A stretch of DNA of 64,000 bases from Azolla caroliniana. Taxonomy: Eukaryota > Plantae > Polypodiophyta. Both the position numbers and the translations under genes were made by a program. The stretch lies in the NCBI GenBank assembly GCA_043228905.1, contig JBHGNT010000013.1, positions 7,130,001 to 7,194,000 of the forward strand, in the 5' to 3' direction. The notes under the pieces were generated by a model. The model ran no database searches and was not told the origin of the DNA. It saw only the letters and a list, made by a program, of their open reading frames with translations. Shown piece after piece: positions 10,901 through 23,894 of the stretch (within the stretch, counting starts at the first letter, position 1; each line of letters opens with the position of its first letter).

Positions 10901-11534
10901 TCCTCGCTGGTCAGTGATCGACGCTCCGGAGCTACCTACCAACCCTCGTGCCGAGGATCATTTGGAGAGGCTACGCAAGATCCAGATGGATCTCTCTACT
11001 CACCTTCGTCATGCTCAACACACACAGAAGACTTATGCGGATCGTCATCGGATTCCCTCCTCTTTTGCCATCGGAGATCGAGTATGGCTCTTACGTCGTC
11101 ACATCAAGACTACTCGACCGTGCGACAAGTTGGATTATCGACGACTCGGTCCTTTCCGTATTACGGGGAAGATTAATGATGTCACCTTCCGCCTTGATCT
11201 CCCTCCGCAGCTTCAGATACATCCGGTTTTCCATTGTTCTCTTCTTGAACCTTATAAAGCAAACACCATTCCCGATCGTGTGACACCACCGCCGCCCCCA
11301 CTGGAGTTGGACGCCGGCCCGGAGTATGAAGTTGCTGCCATCCTCGATTCCAAACTTGTTCGCAACAAACTCTATTACTTGGTCGATTGGCTCGGTTATA
11401 GTCCGAGCGAACGTACTTGGGAACCCGTCGAGAATGTTGCCAATGCACAAGATCTTCTTGCTGATTTCCACCAAAAGTATCCGGACAAACCCGGTCCGCA
11501 AGTAGCGCTGACTCGTTCCACTCGTCGTCTTTAA
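7953..11534 (+). CDS. pol: Chromovirus Pol (protease-RT-RNase H-integrase-chromodomain), in the -1 frame relative to gag
   Basis: LLDSGA, YLDD, EADASD...YEIHDKELLAIV, HHCC, SDRGPQF...QTDGQAER, GPF and YEVAAILD...YLVDWLGY...TWEP, in an uninterrupted 1190-aa ORF. Confidence 0.97.
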   Translation, partial: VKRLSPAKIGAIWLDSSPRSVQPISGSIPSKQVSNVFLAQVIVSTKSTPPVPVLALLDSGANSCFMDRNFAQASQISLRKLPCPASVVVIDGRPIASGNIVEESEPIQVVLGSFVCIISFNIISSPEHPIVLGLPWLELHNPAIDWRTREVRYRPPQESTRRVSTISLYQLREEGPKEAMFLFSISVHPSSTIKKDSSVQLPAKYHPYADVFDKVKAGTLPHHRPYDCPIDLQPGTEPPWGPIYNLSPTELEVLRAYIEENLASGFIRHSKSPAGAPIFFVKKKDGSLHLVVDYRGLNKVTIRNRYALPLISSLLERVNGAKFFTKIDLRGAYNLVRIRPGDEWKTAFRTRYGHFEYTIMPFGLTNAPAVFQHMANDIFRDLLDICLIIYLDDLLIYLKTQEEHDSHVLLVLKRLRENGLYAKLQKCSFDCKQVEFLGYVISSKGIAMDPAKIQTVLEWQIPRSVRDVQCFLGFANFYRKFIQDYSKIILPLTQLTKKGQAFLWSIEADMAFRHLKKAFTSAPILAHVDISKPFIMEADASDFALGSILSQQGDKEELHPVAFHSRKFDVAEINYEIHDKELLAIVDSFVQWRHFLEGSPHQVIVFSDHKNLAYFQNARVLNRRQARWAQFLTRFDFKITYRPGKQQGKADALSRRSYLAPRPGEATFDNQKQVILGPTRLHTTRIFHTPMDSRITDDIRATLKTDSFAQDILAHIDTSRASCSQSQQPGIDYRQFEYHDGLLFFKKRVYVPDCSYRLQIVQHCHDTHTAGHFGSTKTLELVQRSFWWPHMRRFVDDYVRTCDACCRAKMPRHHPYGLLEPLPIPSKPWQSICLDFITDLPVSKGFDAILTVVDRYTKMAHFVPCTKAITSEETAALVMREVFRHHGLPDSIISDRGPQFVSKFWQHLFKMLKVSCNLSSGYHPQTDGQAERTNQTLEQYLRCFLSYQQDDWAEILHFAEFAYNNAIHSSTRVSPFFAYTGFHPRWSVIDAPELPTNPRAEDHLERLRKIQMDLSTHLRHAQHTQKTYADRHRIPSSFAIGDRVWLLRRHIKTTRPCDKLDYRRLGPFRITGKINDVTFRLDLPPQLQIHPVFHCSLLEPYKANTIPDRVTPPPPPLELDAGPEYEVAAILDSKLVRNKLYYLVDWLGYSPSERTWEPVENVANAQDLLADFHQKYPDKPGPQVALTRSTRRL

Positions 11535-11545
11535 GGGGGAGATAG

Positions 11546-11974
11546 TGTCATGAGATGGCAAGACTCGAACCCATGACCTTATGGTATATGGGTCGAGCTC
11601 TTAACCATCTCACCATCTATTGTAATTCATAGAATATTATTTTCATTTATGTTTTATTATAAGAAAGTAATGTATATTCCAGATTTCTCTGGAACATTCT
11701 AGAAGCTTCAGGATTATTCCTGAGAACACTATAAAAGAAGGCACTAAGCATTATGTTGAACCAAATTGGTTCAACACCAGTCTTAAGCCTCTTAGTCGAT
11801 TTGTACTTATCTTTCATATAATATAAGAGCTGCTGTCATCATCCTATTTCCCTCTCTCTCTCCTCTTCTCACTTCCTCTCTCTCGGGAATCTTACGCAGT
11901 CCCGTCCTCTTAGTACTAATAGTACTACTCTTCTTAGTACTAATTCCATCTCTGTTTTAGTACTATTCCTGACA
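11546..11974 (+). repeat. Chromovirus 3' LTR
   Basis: Preceded by the PPT and followed by TSD CATAG. Confidence 0.97.
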
Positions 11975-14900
11975 CATAGTCAATCTCACCTAGGTTGGCG
12001 CTAGTGATGACCAAGTCATCAACATAAAGTAAAATGCTAACCGGCCTGAGTTGACCTTTCTCGATGAACAGTGAGGAGTCCGATTTTGACGTCGCAAAGC
12101 CCATCCAACGCAATTGTTGCGTGATCTTCGTGTTCCAGGCACACGGGGCTTCCTTTAGTCCGTAAAGGGACTTCTTTAACCGGCACACCACCGAGGTGTT
12201 CGTTCCGGAGTGAAATCCGGGGGTTGTACCATGTACACTTGTTCCTCAAGCTCACCTTGAAGGAACGCATTCTTTACATCCATCTCATGTAAGTGCCACC
12301 CCTTTGCCGCAGCTACCGTGAGCAAGACACGGACGATCGTCATCTTCGCGACTGGTGCAAACGTCTCATCGCAGTCGATGCCGTGTTGCTGCGCGTAACC
12401 TTTTGCTACTAGCCGGGCCTTGTATCGGTTGACCGAGTCGTCAGTGTTGTACTTGACCTTGTACACCCACCTACATCCGATCAGCTTCACACCTTTCGGT
12501 GTGTCAACTAGGTCCCATGTTTCATTTTCATCCAATGCGCTCATCTCTTCCTCCATCGCGGCACGCCAATTCGCGTCTTTCGCCGCTTCTGCGTAACTCT
12601 CCGGCTCACGCACTTCCGCTACACGTGTCATGTACGCATAATGATGTGCCATGTACTCGTTGTAATGGAACCACACAATAGGGTTCTTCTAGCTGCTAGA
12701 TTGGCGTAATTGCTCATTAGCCGATGTTGAGGCTTTCTTGGCCGACACGGACTTCCCTCGGAGTCGGACTCTCGTCGATCTGACTCGTTCCTATCCGTGT
12801 TGTAATCCGACACCTTCTTCTTCCCTTTTTCCTTGTGCGTAAGCCATCTCCTCGGCTTCCTACGCGGGGAATACACGGTCGAGTCTCCACTACTCGCCAG
12901 CTCTTCATCGGACTAGTCGAACTGACTCAGTCGTCCATTCGGTCCACTTAGCCGAAACAAAATCAGACTCTCTTCGCAGGTCCTGATTTCAGGCTCATCC
13001 AGAGGCATCTCGGCTTTGCTGACCTTATCGTCAGAACTCGGATTGGAGCTGAGGTTCGGAGTCGGAGGCAAGTATCAGGACACGGACTCGTCAAACACAA
13101 CGTCGCGGCTCACACGCGCTTGTTTGGTGCGAGGGTTATAACACTTATAACCCTTCTGCTTGTCCGAATAGCCATCCAAGATACACTTCTCGGCTTTCGC
13201 GTCCAGCTTCCTCCTCTTCTCCTTCGGTACATGCACATATGCAATGCTACCAAAAACTCTTAAGTGTCGCAAATTTGGCTTTGTTCCGAAGTATAGCTCA
13301 TGCGCCGACAACTTTTCTCTGATCCGGTTCTGGATGTAGACCGTGGTTCGTACCGCCTCGGCCCAATAGAACTTGGGCAAGCTCTTTTCTTCCAGCATTG
13401 CCCGCGCCGCTTCCACAACCGACCGATTTTTCCTTTCAGCCACGCCATTTTGCTCCAGTGTATATCTACAATTGAATTCACATTGAATTCCCATCTGTTG
13501 TAAATACCTGTTGAATTGACCGGAAAAGTACTCTTTTCCGCCATCCAACCGCAGGCACTTGAGATTTCTTCCTGTTTCCCTTTCGACGAAACTCTTGAGG
13601 TCCTGGAAACAGTCGAAGACTTCACTCTTCTTCTCAATGAGGTAGATCGATGTGTGCCGTGTATAGTTGTCGATGAAGGAGGCCAAATATCGACTCCCGC
13701 CAAGACTAACGTTCTGAGCTAGCCCCCATACATTGGAATGTATCAAGTCGAGCTTGTTCTGGCTCCGGTTACGCTCATTGGGGAAAGGAAGTCAGTGTTG
13801 CTTCCCTAGCTGGCAGGCTTCACAAATTTGTGCCTTCCGGCCACTAAATTTGGGCAATCCGAACACCACCTGTTTCGATTACAGGTCCTGAAGCCGTTGA
13901 TAGTTGACGTGGCCTATCCATTTGTGCCATAAGTCGATATCCGACTCGACTTTTTGTCCATTCGCGAACATTGCAGTGCCACTGTTAGTAGAGTCAAGGA
14001 TAAACATCCTCCCGTCCTTACGCCCTTGCGCAATAACTCGGCCTTCTTCCTCGATGAAGCACCCGAGATGCATGAACCAGACTTGCATCCCCTGGTCGAC
14101 GATTTGCCTGACCGACACTAGATTCTTTGTGATTTTCGGGACATGTAACACGTTCATGAGTTTCCCTTTCTGCCTGACATGGCTTAGGGGAACTTCACCG
14201 ACATTCTCGACCGCATGCGGAGTGTCGTCTCCGGTTGCGACTACTCCCGGTTGCATCGGTTCCTCAACATATGAGAACCACTCCTTGTGGCACGTCATGT
14301 GGTTTGACGCACTGGAGTCGACGTACCACACCTCGTCCGATTTTGGGGTGACTTCTTCATGGAGTTCGCTTCGTGTCTCGTCATGAAGGCTGACCCTTTT
14401 CCGCCTTTTTCGGATCCTTTGGCGTAGTGCGATCGTTGCCGATTACCCTTGTCGGTTTGTCCGGAACCTGATCCGGATCCGGTCCTCTCCAAATCGGTGC
14501 GCTTCGTCTAGCACTCGCTCTCCTTGTGGCCTTTCTTGCCACAATACTAGCATTCCGCGATGGATTTCCCATGCCGCAACAATGGAGGGTCCGGAATTGC
14601 TATCAGCATCACTTCAGTTCCTTCTTCCTTGATCCCGTCAGCCGCCTCCATTGCACACCGACTCGCCTCATTCGCCACGACCACGGGGTCTATCTCCCTC
14701 CATGTACAACATCTTCCTGTCGGCATGCGTGCTCGTCGACGCACCTGCATGGTTCTACTCTATAAGGAGCATCGAATGTAGGTCGAAAAATGACAGCGTA
14801 TTCTCCTGTGTACACACAGCAGTTTGGAACGCTCCGAACTTCGAAGCTAGTTCCCGAGACAAATCTGCACCATCTCGCCTTCCTCGATGTTCACATTGAT

Positions 14901-15836
14901 AGAGGCTAAGGAGTCGCATATCTCTTTGATCTTCTAGGTGGAATCAGCCACCGACAAGTCGCATTGTTGTAGGTCGCTCAGCTCCTATCGGAGTTGAAGC
15001 TTCCTGGTTGTAGTGCTTGCGGTGAAAATCTTCTTTAGATTTCCCCAAGCATCTTTTAGAGTTTTTGCGTCCCGAATGTAGCTTAGGAGCTATTCGCCTA
15101 GACAAGACGCGAAGTAGTACAATACTCTGCTCGCCGACTGTTACCAGGGCGGGAAATCTCTGTGTGTCAATTCGGGTGTTGTGTCATTTGCTCCGTCAAC
15201 ATAGGTCCAGTAACCGTGCCCGAGCAGGTACTGGTGCATCTTGTAGGACCAAGACGCGTAGTTGTTTCTATCGAGCTTCTCCGTCAGAAGTGAGCTAGCC
15301 ATGCCTCTATCCATCGGTTTTACCTATTCTTCTAGGTTGGTTTTCCTTTCAAGCTATGTCGGTTACAGAGGTTCTCAACCCTCGCACTTTGATACCATGT
15401 AAAGAATAGCGTGTAGAAGCAAGTAGAAAACCGAACACAGAAAATACGTAGGTTTAATGGAGAGCTTGAATATACATAGTACGCAGGAGACATAGAGAGA
15501 GAGAGAGAGAACACACAGAAGTTCAATTCAAAATAATACTCAATCTATACATAGGATGTGCTCAGTGAGCACTTTTATACAAGTCCATACGGATTGACAG
15601 AAGTATTGACATGTACTTCAATGCTCATAAATGAACTCTACACTAACTCCCAAAATATATTCCTACGTAGAATATCTTTCCAACGGCCTTGCGGTTTATG
15701 CACCGCTATGGCTTCTTGTTGTGTGCCGGTCGGCGCACCGGTTTACGCACCGGTCCGGCCTAGCCGATCGATCCCAACCAATCCAGTTCTCGGCTTGCAC
15801 AGCCAATCCGGCCAATGTTGAGCTTGTATCTCAACA

Positions 15837-18800
15837 CTCGTGGGATTCACGAGGTTTCTATATCTCTCTCTTTCAATCCAAATTCATATTCTTATATTAA
15901 TATTGATTAATCTAATAAAATACATTATACTCATGGGATTCACGAGGTTTTTATATCTCTTTCTTAAAATTTATTCATAACTAGATTCGTCTCAAATTTT
16001 TCCCCCTCCTAGTCGAAAACCCTAGCGGTTCCCACCCAACTCACACAAATGATCCGGCGCCGAAAGGCATGACAGAAGTCGTGAACCCGACCTGAAGACG
16101 GGTGGCAAGGAGATGGAGAATCAACAAGAGGTGATGAACACGATGATGATGATGTTCGAGCGGATGCTACAAGAACAACGAGTGATGACGAAGATCACGA
16201 CAATAGTAAAGCGGCTCGTACAACGAAACGGACAATTCAACGGAAAGGATGTGTCACGCTATCTATGTGAATACAAGGCGGAGATGGTGCGATGTGGGAT
16301 ACCGGAAGGATTGCAAGTGATATCCTTTAGTCGGGTGGCCACAAACGAGCTGTAAGAGAGCATAACATCTATGATATACGGCAACAAAAACCAATGTGGG
16401 TGTCCTTTGAGAAAGCTATATTGGAAGCATATGATTACGAGAGACCAATGGGACGAGATCCGCGTGAGTTCGACGAATGGGTGGTATCGGAGAAGACCCA
16501 CCGAAGCGTAACACAAGCATTCCTAGAGTTCGAGCATCATTTTGTTCGACTCTCGGAGTAGGATCAAAGATTGGTGGGGGAGGATAAAGTCCTAATGTTC
16601 GTAAGATCGATCGATCGGAAAGAAAGTATGGACATTAGGATCGAACTCGAAGATGATGACGGTGCAAATGGCCTTACCGAGGATTGGGCTGAAGTCGAAA
16701 GAGTATGCTGAAGACATGATAAGAGGAAGATGAGAATATCGTCGGCAACAACATGTCCTATAAGGGATGATCGATTAAGGATGAACTATGTGGCTGATAC
16801 GAAGGCCGAAGTATGATACGTCAGTACCATGGGAGAGGGTATAGAAGAAGGCATCCTCTTGTCTTGCGAAAGAATGATGGCTAAGGATAAGGCCGATGAC
16901 TTGAGAGTGGCGAACACCACTTCAAGGGTGGAAGAAGGTTTTGGGATACGAGTGTCCGAAACATCGAGAGAGAAAGGGGTAAGCATAATCGATGCTTGCA
17001 TGATCGAGGGAGATAAAGAGTGTGAGGCAGATGTGATTGAGGAGGTAGCCACGAAAGATGACATTGAGATGGAAGGTGGCAGAGAGAAAATGAAGGCCAA
17101 CGCCGATGCATACGACAGAGAGATAGTCGAGAAGGTGGCTATGGGTGAAACAATGGAGGACGGTAATACCGAGGATTCTTGCCCACTAATTCTAGAGACT
17201 TCGGCGGTTGTGTCCGAGAAACAATGTGAGACTAGAGAGATGGGAGGTGGCGGCAAGAAAGGTAAAGTCGGAAGCTGGTTCGGATGGAAGATGATCCGGA
17301 CGGAATTATGATCCGAAAGAAAGCCAAACCAAGTAGAAGTGGATTCGGTCGAAATTCGATCGGTCGAGCCCGACTCAGACGGAAATCATTCCAGTCGGAA
17401 GCCGATCGGACGAGATTGATCCGAACAAAAGTTAATCTAGCTCAACCGGAGGTCGAACTGGTCAAGGCCGGTGAACATGAGGAAAAGAAAGCCAATCCAG
17501 ACCGAAATTGATAGATCTAACCCAACCTAGAAGGGGGCCGACTCGTTCGAAACCGATCAACCGAGTCCGATTCGGCCGACCACAACACCGATCGGAAGCC
17601 GATCTAACTGAAAGCTGATCGGACGAGATCGATCCGGGAAGAAGTCGAGGTTGATGAACATGAGGCAGATGCCAAGCAGACACACTACCACAGAAGACAA
17701 GGGCCAAGAGGATTTGAAGGGTGTTATCGAGGATGAGATCTCAACAAAGAAGGAGGGCTCTAACATGAAGATTGTCAACTCTAATGCGAGATTGTACAAC
17801 GAAGATGGACGAAGTGCAAAGTGTCTTGACCAAGAAGATGGTCGGAATGAAGGTGGCACATGCACGAGACATGAAGGGTTAAGCTCAAGAAGAGCAGAAG
17901 GAGTCATGACAACCGGTCATGGCCATGCAAAGAGTGAACGAAGAATATGGAGGATCAGATGGCGACAATGGTTTGGGTGGAAAGAATGGATGTGCTCAAA
18001 ATGGAGATATAAAGTCGACATAGCGAGAGAAACGGAAGTTATTACGGATGAAGGAGAATAACGAGCTCTAACAATTTCGGCACATACCGGAGGATGTGCA
18101 GGTTTGGAGGGGCTAAGTGTCGTAGTGTATTTCGTACACTATGTGAAAAATGTATAAAATAACTAATTGAATAAATATGAAGAAAAAGAAAGAAATATCA
18201 AAATATATATTACATGCATAGGGCAAGATTTGAACCTTATACATTCATGTGAATAATGTAAAGCCTTACCATTACACTAACACATTATAAGTGTTAAAAA
18301 AGCAGATATCCCACATAGAAAGGTTTTTCCCACGCATATTTCCTAGGAAAAAGCTTTAGTTAGAAAAAAAATGCATGATAGAAAAAAAGGCTACACATGC
18401 ACATCTATAGTGCATAAACACTATAGTCGATAAAAACGCATGAGGTTAGAAAAAGCATGATCACTTTTAGAAAAAGGCATGTTAGAGAAAGCATATAGTC
18501 TATAGTTAGAGAAAAAGCATGGATTGCTAAGACTTTCTCATCACTATATAAGGATGGGGATCACAATGTAATAAGTGTGTGAAAACTTTGGAAATTGGAT
18601 ATATTTCTAAAAAAACACTAATTAATGAATTATATTCGTGGGATTCACGATATTAACTATACTCGTGGGATTCAGGAGGTTTCTATATCTCTCTCTTTCA
18701 ATCCAAATTCATATTCTTATCTTAATATTGATTAATCTAATAAAATACATTATACTCGTGGGATTCACGAGGTTTTTATATCTCTTTCTTAAAATCTATT

Positions 18801-18899
18801 CATAACTAGATTCGTCTCAAATTTTTCCTCCTCCTAGTCCAAAACCCCAGCGGTTCCCACCCGACTCACGCAAACGATCCGACGCCGAAAGGCGTGACA
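15837..18899 (+). mobile_element. Degenerate Gag-only non-autonomous LTR element of the tRNA-Trp-primed group (5' LTR interrupted by copia)
   Basis: LTR remnant 15837-16074, PBS-like TCGTGAACCCGACCTGA, broken ORF homologous to 46225-48468, PPT GGAGGGGCTAAG, 3' LTR 18118-18899. Confidence 0.85.
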
Positions 18900-20796
18900 G
18901 TGCACAATGTCCATCTTTCTTGCAAATATAGCAGTTAGGAGTGAATGATCCACTGTATTACCTTGTTCATATTGTGGATATCCATCCGGATGTTTTCTCT
19001 GAGAATCATGTTGAAGTTGTCGTGACGCTTTTGGCTTATAGAATTTTTTATTGTTGGGTCGATTTTCTTTATTGTTATAACGACCCCCTTGTTGCTGTTG
19101 ACGACTGTTATCCTGTGGTGCTGAAAAATCTTGATCCCGATTCTGTTGATAATCATACTGTCGGGCGTCCTCTTGTGTTGGACCTTGATTATCATTTCTC
19201 CTATAGTCATTCCAGTCATTATTCAGTCGCCTTTTCGAATAATTCCGATTATCATACCGATCATCCTCCTAATACCGATTATTGAACCTATTACGGTTAT
19301 CTTGGTAACCATTTTCCGGAAAAATTTGTCGTATCGGTGCTGTTGCTTTGTTAAGCAAATTATATTCACATTATTCTAGTGAATGGGCCTTAAAGTGACA
19401 GATTGTGCAGGGTGTACGTAAACTACACTTGATTGTTGAATGCCCAATATTCAAACAAGTAGTACACTGTACTGCTTGGCGAAATTGTAACTCTTCCATA
19501 GTTGGCAAAGTATGATGCAATGCTGACATATCCATACTTCTTACATTTTTTCGATTTCGACCCATAGCAATGGCCTTATCAATCACTTGCTCAATTGACT
19601 GAGTTCGGAAATTGAACACCGCTAATGTCGTTCGTAGTGGTTCCCGAATTGCCTCTAGAAAGATATCCATTAGTTCATGATCGGGAGTTGGCCTGGAAAT
19701 TTGTAGTTGTAGATTCTGAATGCGAATGACAAATTGTGACACCGTTTCCTTGGATTCTTGATATAATGTATAAAATTGAGCTATCAGATCCTTCTAAGGA
19801 ATCTGTCGATGAAACAATTGAAGAATTTTTTTGGTTAATTGTTCGAATGTTTCGAACGCTTGGAAACCATTTTGAGCAAACCAATTTGCCGACTGGCCAT
19901 CTAATGACAAAACAAACTCAACTATTTTTGACGTATCCTCGGCTACAGCTGATAGTCGCTGAGCTCCATGGTTTATTTTCCATGTAGTTAAGAAATCCCT
20001 AATATGCGCTTCTGCATCAACGCCTTCTCGAAATTTCTAGTAAGGGTAAGGCATATTGTCTTCACTCTAGATATCATAAAATGATACCTCTTCGGATTGG
20101 TCTTCATCTGACTGACTGTCAATTAAGTTGGGAACTAAAGACCACCTCAGACTTGTTTCTTGCTGTACCACCGTAGCAGAATCCTCCTCGACACGGTTTG
20201 TAACCGAATGTGTACGAGGACGTTTACGATCGACTGGTGTATCCAAACCAAACGACGATACCATTCGAGTTGTTCCCTGCTAATTGTAGATGTAACCGGG
20301 CGTGCCAAAATTATACTGTGTTGTTCGGCCGACAACCGACTCTGTTGCCGACACACAACAAAGTTCGAACATTTCGTACTGAATGTTCAATCAAAGAATT
20401 GTGGTTGTGCGAATAAATACTGAGTTACTATAATCTTATCGATGTTACACAGACATCGAGATCATTACTTACGTAATACAGTTGTAGCAAGGTGGAACTA
20501 GATAAACAGAAAATAAACAGCTGCACATCGAGATTTCCTACAACTAAACTTATATTACTAAAAGTAAAAACGATAGATTTTACAATGCCTTCGGTTCCTT
20601 TTTATAGGCAACCTGAATGACTTCCTCATCAAGAAATACATATTTCCCTATCGGCAAGAACTACAAAACTTTGTAACTAACTATTATTTAGCCAAAATGA
20701 TGACTCCTTGATCCGACTTCGACTTCGACTTCAACTTCGAACCTCCGACTGCGATGCTTCCCCACTATGTCTGTCCGCCCCTTTGTTCGGGTAACA
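18900..20796 (-). mobile_element. 5' part of an Arg-primed family 1 gypsy element: 5' LTR 20319-20796, PBS and degenerate gag
   Basis: The LTR starts TGTTACCCG like the one at 3204. PBS TGGCACGCCCGGT at 20307-20295. Gag knuckles CTTCLNIGHSTIKC and CTICHFKAH. Confidence 0.85.
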
Positions 20797-21731
20797 CCGA
20801 AACCGAGTTAGTATGGTTGAGCACGTTGTACTCACATTGCTTAACTGTATGTACTCTAGAATGGCAGATGGGGCAGTGTGATCATAGAGGGCAATCGATA
20901 GCCGAGTGACCGGACTTAGCACAAGTCGTGCATTGTAGTGCTTGCCGAAACTGGGTCTCCTCGGTTGTTGGCAAGGAGGTTTGGAGCGTGCCCATGGAGA
21001 AAGAATTGTTATGATGAGCCTTATCTAAACCGAGAACACGAGCGACCACTTGCTCGATAGTGTGTTGTGAAAAATTTGTAAGGGCCAATGTTGTGCTCAA
21101 CGGCTTCAGGAGTCCGGCAAGGAACGTATCTTTTAAATGATTGGCGGACACATCCTGTGCGAGTTGCCGGTAGAGGTCTTGGAATCAGATGGTAAAATGG
21201 GAAACTATTTCATTAGGTCCCTAGGCAATGGTATAGAACTAGCGGAACAATTCGTGCTTCGGAATTTCCCGGTGGAATAACTTCAGAAACTGGGTGCAGA
21301 CATGTTGGAATGTCGTAAACTACCCCGGATTGTGGTGAGAATACCACCATGCAATGTGGCCGTCTAGCGAAAGGGTAAATTCCGCAATTTTGGAGGCGTC
21401 CACCTCCTTAGCGGTGAGGCGCTGCGTAGAATTGTTGGCTTGCCAAGTGGAGAGAAAAGAAACGATGTGAGATTCCGCGTCAGGACCATCCGTGTAGCAG
21501 GTATATGAGTGGTACAACATTGCGTCGAGATTTGGGTCGTCCAGTAGGGCCGGGAAGGGGTTGAACTCGGATTGTTGAGAGACTACCGACAGACTGGGAG
21601 GAGTGGCGAGTTCGGTATGTGATTGTCTGTAGGGGATGACTGATGAGGGGTGCGATTCTGGGGTTTCTGGTGATGAGTGTTGAGTGATCGCGGAGCGGAG
21701 TCTACGGTATCCTCGGCTGGCTCGGCGTGGC
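20797..21731 (-). pseudogene. Degenerate gag of another Arg-primed gypsy element
   Basis: SKIAEFTLSLDG and QFRQALQCTTCAKSGHSAIDC, homologous to the gag at 55493-56650. Confidence 0.75.
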
Positions 21732-22180
21732 TGTTGTCTATCATAGGAGGACAAACGTAAATAACGCATAATAAAGAAGCGTATTAATTATAATAGAAGT
21801 GTTGAAGTAACACGTGTAATGGTTCACGTGGGAAGCGTAACCGACTAGGCCCTGTATATATAAAGGGCCTATGAACATTGTAAAGGGTTAGCGCATTTCT
21901 GAGCACAGTCGTTTAATATAGTTTCTGTCTTCTCTGAGCTCCATCTCTTATCTCTAGTCTCTTCTCTGTTGTCTCTGTGTGACTGTTTAAGCGTTAAGCA
22001 TGTAAGAGGAGTACATGTGCGTAGTTACACAGATTAGGAGCTCGGTTGTAGCAGTCTCCAATTTTACGCCTTTAGTAAACACGCTCTCATGGTATAAGTC
22101 AATACGTTCCAAGCACTACGCCAGATCCTACCCTTGCACCACAATCACCTTGATACCTACCCCTAAGGATTGAGGGTAGG
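21732..22180 (+). repeat. LTR (family Y), lacking the last ~24 bp
   Basis: Colinear with the LTR at 31836-32304. TATATAAAGGGC box. Confidence 0.85.
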
Positions 22181-22317
22181 GTTTTTGGTAAATCGTCTAC
22201 AGCCTCGGATGTATAATCTCTGCTTTCAGAAATAGATCTCGCTGGTGAGGCTGCATCACTATCACAGCCATCCTTCTGCTTCTTGCTTGTCTTTTGCTAG
22301 ATTTTAAACTTCTGGCT

Positions 22318-23226
22318 ATGGGATCCACCAGCAAAGCCCCGATACCTCGCCGGCTATGGTTTGCTTACTACCTAGGATGTACTCCTGGCTTTAGAAGATC
22401 AAGCTGTAATAGGCTCTTGAAGCTCACCATGTCCAGGGTGAAACTCCTGAGGGGGAGAAGAGAATCATAGGTGAAACAGCTCCACATCGATGTGGCCCAG
22501 CTCCTCCACCATGCCAAGACATCAGATGCAGAAGCTCGGCTTGACGGTCTATGGAAAGAAGCTAGCTTTTTGTCTGTTTATGTGAAAGTTGGAGAATACT
22601 TTCATCTGTTGAAGGCTAATCTTTACAACATTGCCTGGCAGAAAGAATGCCCTACGGACTTGAGAGAGGCTCTTGAGAGCTTGTATTTTGGTGCTTCTCA
22701 TTGTTCAAACTTGCCTGAGCTCAAAGATGTTAGTGAGATTATGGCGAACAAGTATGGGAAGGAATTCTCTGCAGGTTCTCTTGTCAGTAAACAGTTTCTG
22801 CAACCAGTCTACGAAACAATACCATCTGAAGACTGTAAGAAAGCGTTGATGAAAAAAATATGTGCAGAATTCCACATAAAATATCCTCCACAAGTGCAGC
22901 TTTCTTCCAAGGTTTCCAAAGAAGAAATTTCATTGGTTATTCCTGAAGAAAATAATGCATCTGTTCATGGGCAAGTTGTATCTTATGGGAGCTTGGATAC
23001 CCATGGCATGTGTTGGCAAGAAGGAAAGTCTCATGACAAGCAGATTAGATCTTCTTCTAAAGCTATCTCTGATGCACACACTGAGGTGACTGTGCAGCTA
23101 GCTGGGAACACGAGAGAAAGAAAAGGCAACCGATGCCCAACGGGAAGATCCAGATGGCACCACTCCAACAATGATGAGTGGAATATCATATCCCATTCTC
23201 ACGATGGATTCTTCGCAGATCTCTGA
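22318..23226 (+). pseudogene. IST1-like (regulator of Vps4 / ESCRT-III-associated) intronless gene copy with one nonsense codon
   Basis: Reads FRRSSCNRLLKLTMSRVKLLRGRRES*VKQLHIDVAQLL...KECPTDLREALESLYFGASHCSNLPELKDVSEIMANKYGKEF, matching the Ist1 N-terminal domain pattern. TAG at 22468-22470. Confidence 0.8.
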
Positions 23227-23559
23227 GAGGTTGAGATTCTGGAGAGGATTCATCCATGCCCTAACTCTGATATAAACGTCGGACAGATTGTGGAGGTGTA
23301 TAAAGTGCAATGGAGCCCTGTGGGGCTTGATAAAATGTTGCCATCAAGCGCTTCTAGGGAGGTGCACAACATTGTTTTGAACACGAAGCATCTATCCACC
23401 TTCGTCTGCAATATCACCCAAACATCGTCCAATGCTTGTGCACTTTCAGAGATGAAGACAAGAAATCTAATTGCCTTCTCTTAGAGCTTATGAACAAAAA
23501 TCTAGCAACACAGAAGCTCGTGGCCCGACCAATCTGACCCTTGCCGAGCCAATACATAT

Positions 23560-23640
23560 CATGCTTGAGATTTCCAAAGGCATCATCCACCGCGATCTCA
23601 AACTAGAGAATATGCTAATCAATGATTCTCAGACAGCTCC
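23560..23640 (+). pseudogene. Short protein-kinase catalytic-loop fragment
   Basis: GIIHRDLKLENMLI (subdomain VIb). No DFG or other subdomains follow. Confidence 0.55.
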
Positions 23641-23894
23641 AAGTACAAGAAGGTGACAATAGAGAGGAGAAAGCCGCGAAGTAGTCCTGTCCTTTTCGAC
23701 TTCTTGCTCAAACAAGTTTGTGTTCTCTTCATTGAACCTTCTGGTGGCTTTCTTTAGCTCCCTATAAGAGAATTTTTTGGGACCACTTGGCCATCGTTGT
23801 TGCCATCGCCATCCGCCAAAAGTGAAAGGTTGGAATATGAATTGAAGAATTGAAGCAAGAAGAGAGGGGCATTCAAAAAACGCGAGGCAGATCG

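Larger units (their letters stand above)
6310..11974 (+). mobile_element. Full-length Ty3/gypsy chromovirus (Tcn1/Tf1-like)
   Basis: 429-bp LTRs at 6310-6738 and 11546-11974 (TGTCA...TGACA), 5-bp TSD CATAG, PPT AAGGGGGAGATAG, gag plus intact pol with a C-terminal chromodomain. Confidence 0.97.
5937..15836 (-). mobile_element. Degenerate Ty1/copia element (5' LTR 15398-15836, tRNA-iMet PBS, gag-PR-INT-RT), split by the chromovirus insertion and 3'-truncated
   Basis: PBS TGGTATCAAAG at 15397-15387. Protease WYVDSSASNHM, integrase EQNGVAERKNR, and RT pieces at 11975-12676 and 5937-6304 that join across the CATAG duplication. The LTR is related to 5544-5936. Confidence 0.9.

Noticed and set aside
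22468-22470. Stop read-through or RNA editing rescuing the IST1 copy
   Set aside because: CAG-to-TAG changes are widespread in this window, consistent with methylation-driven decay, and U-to-C editing in plants is known from organelles.
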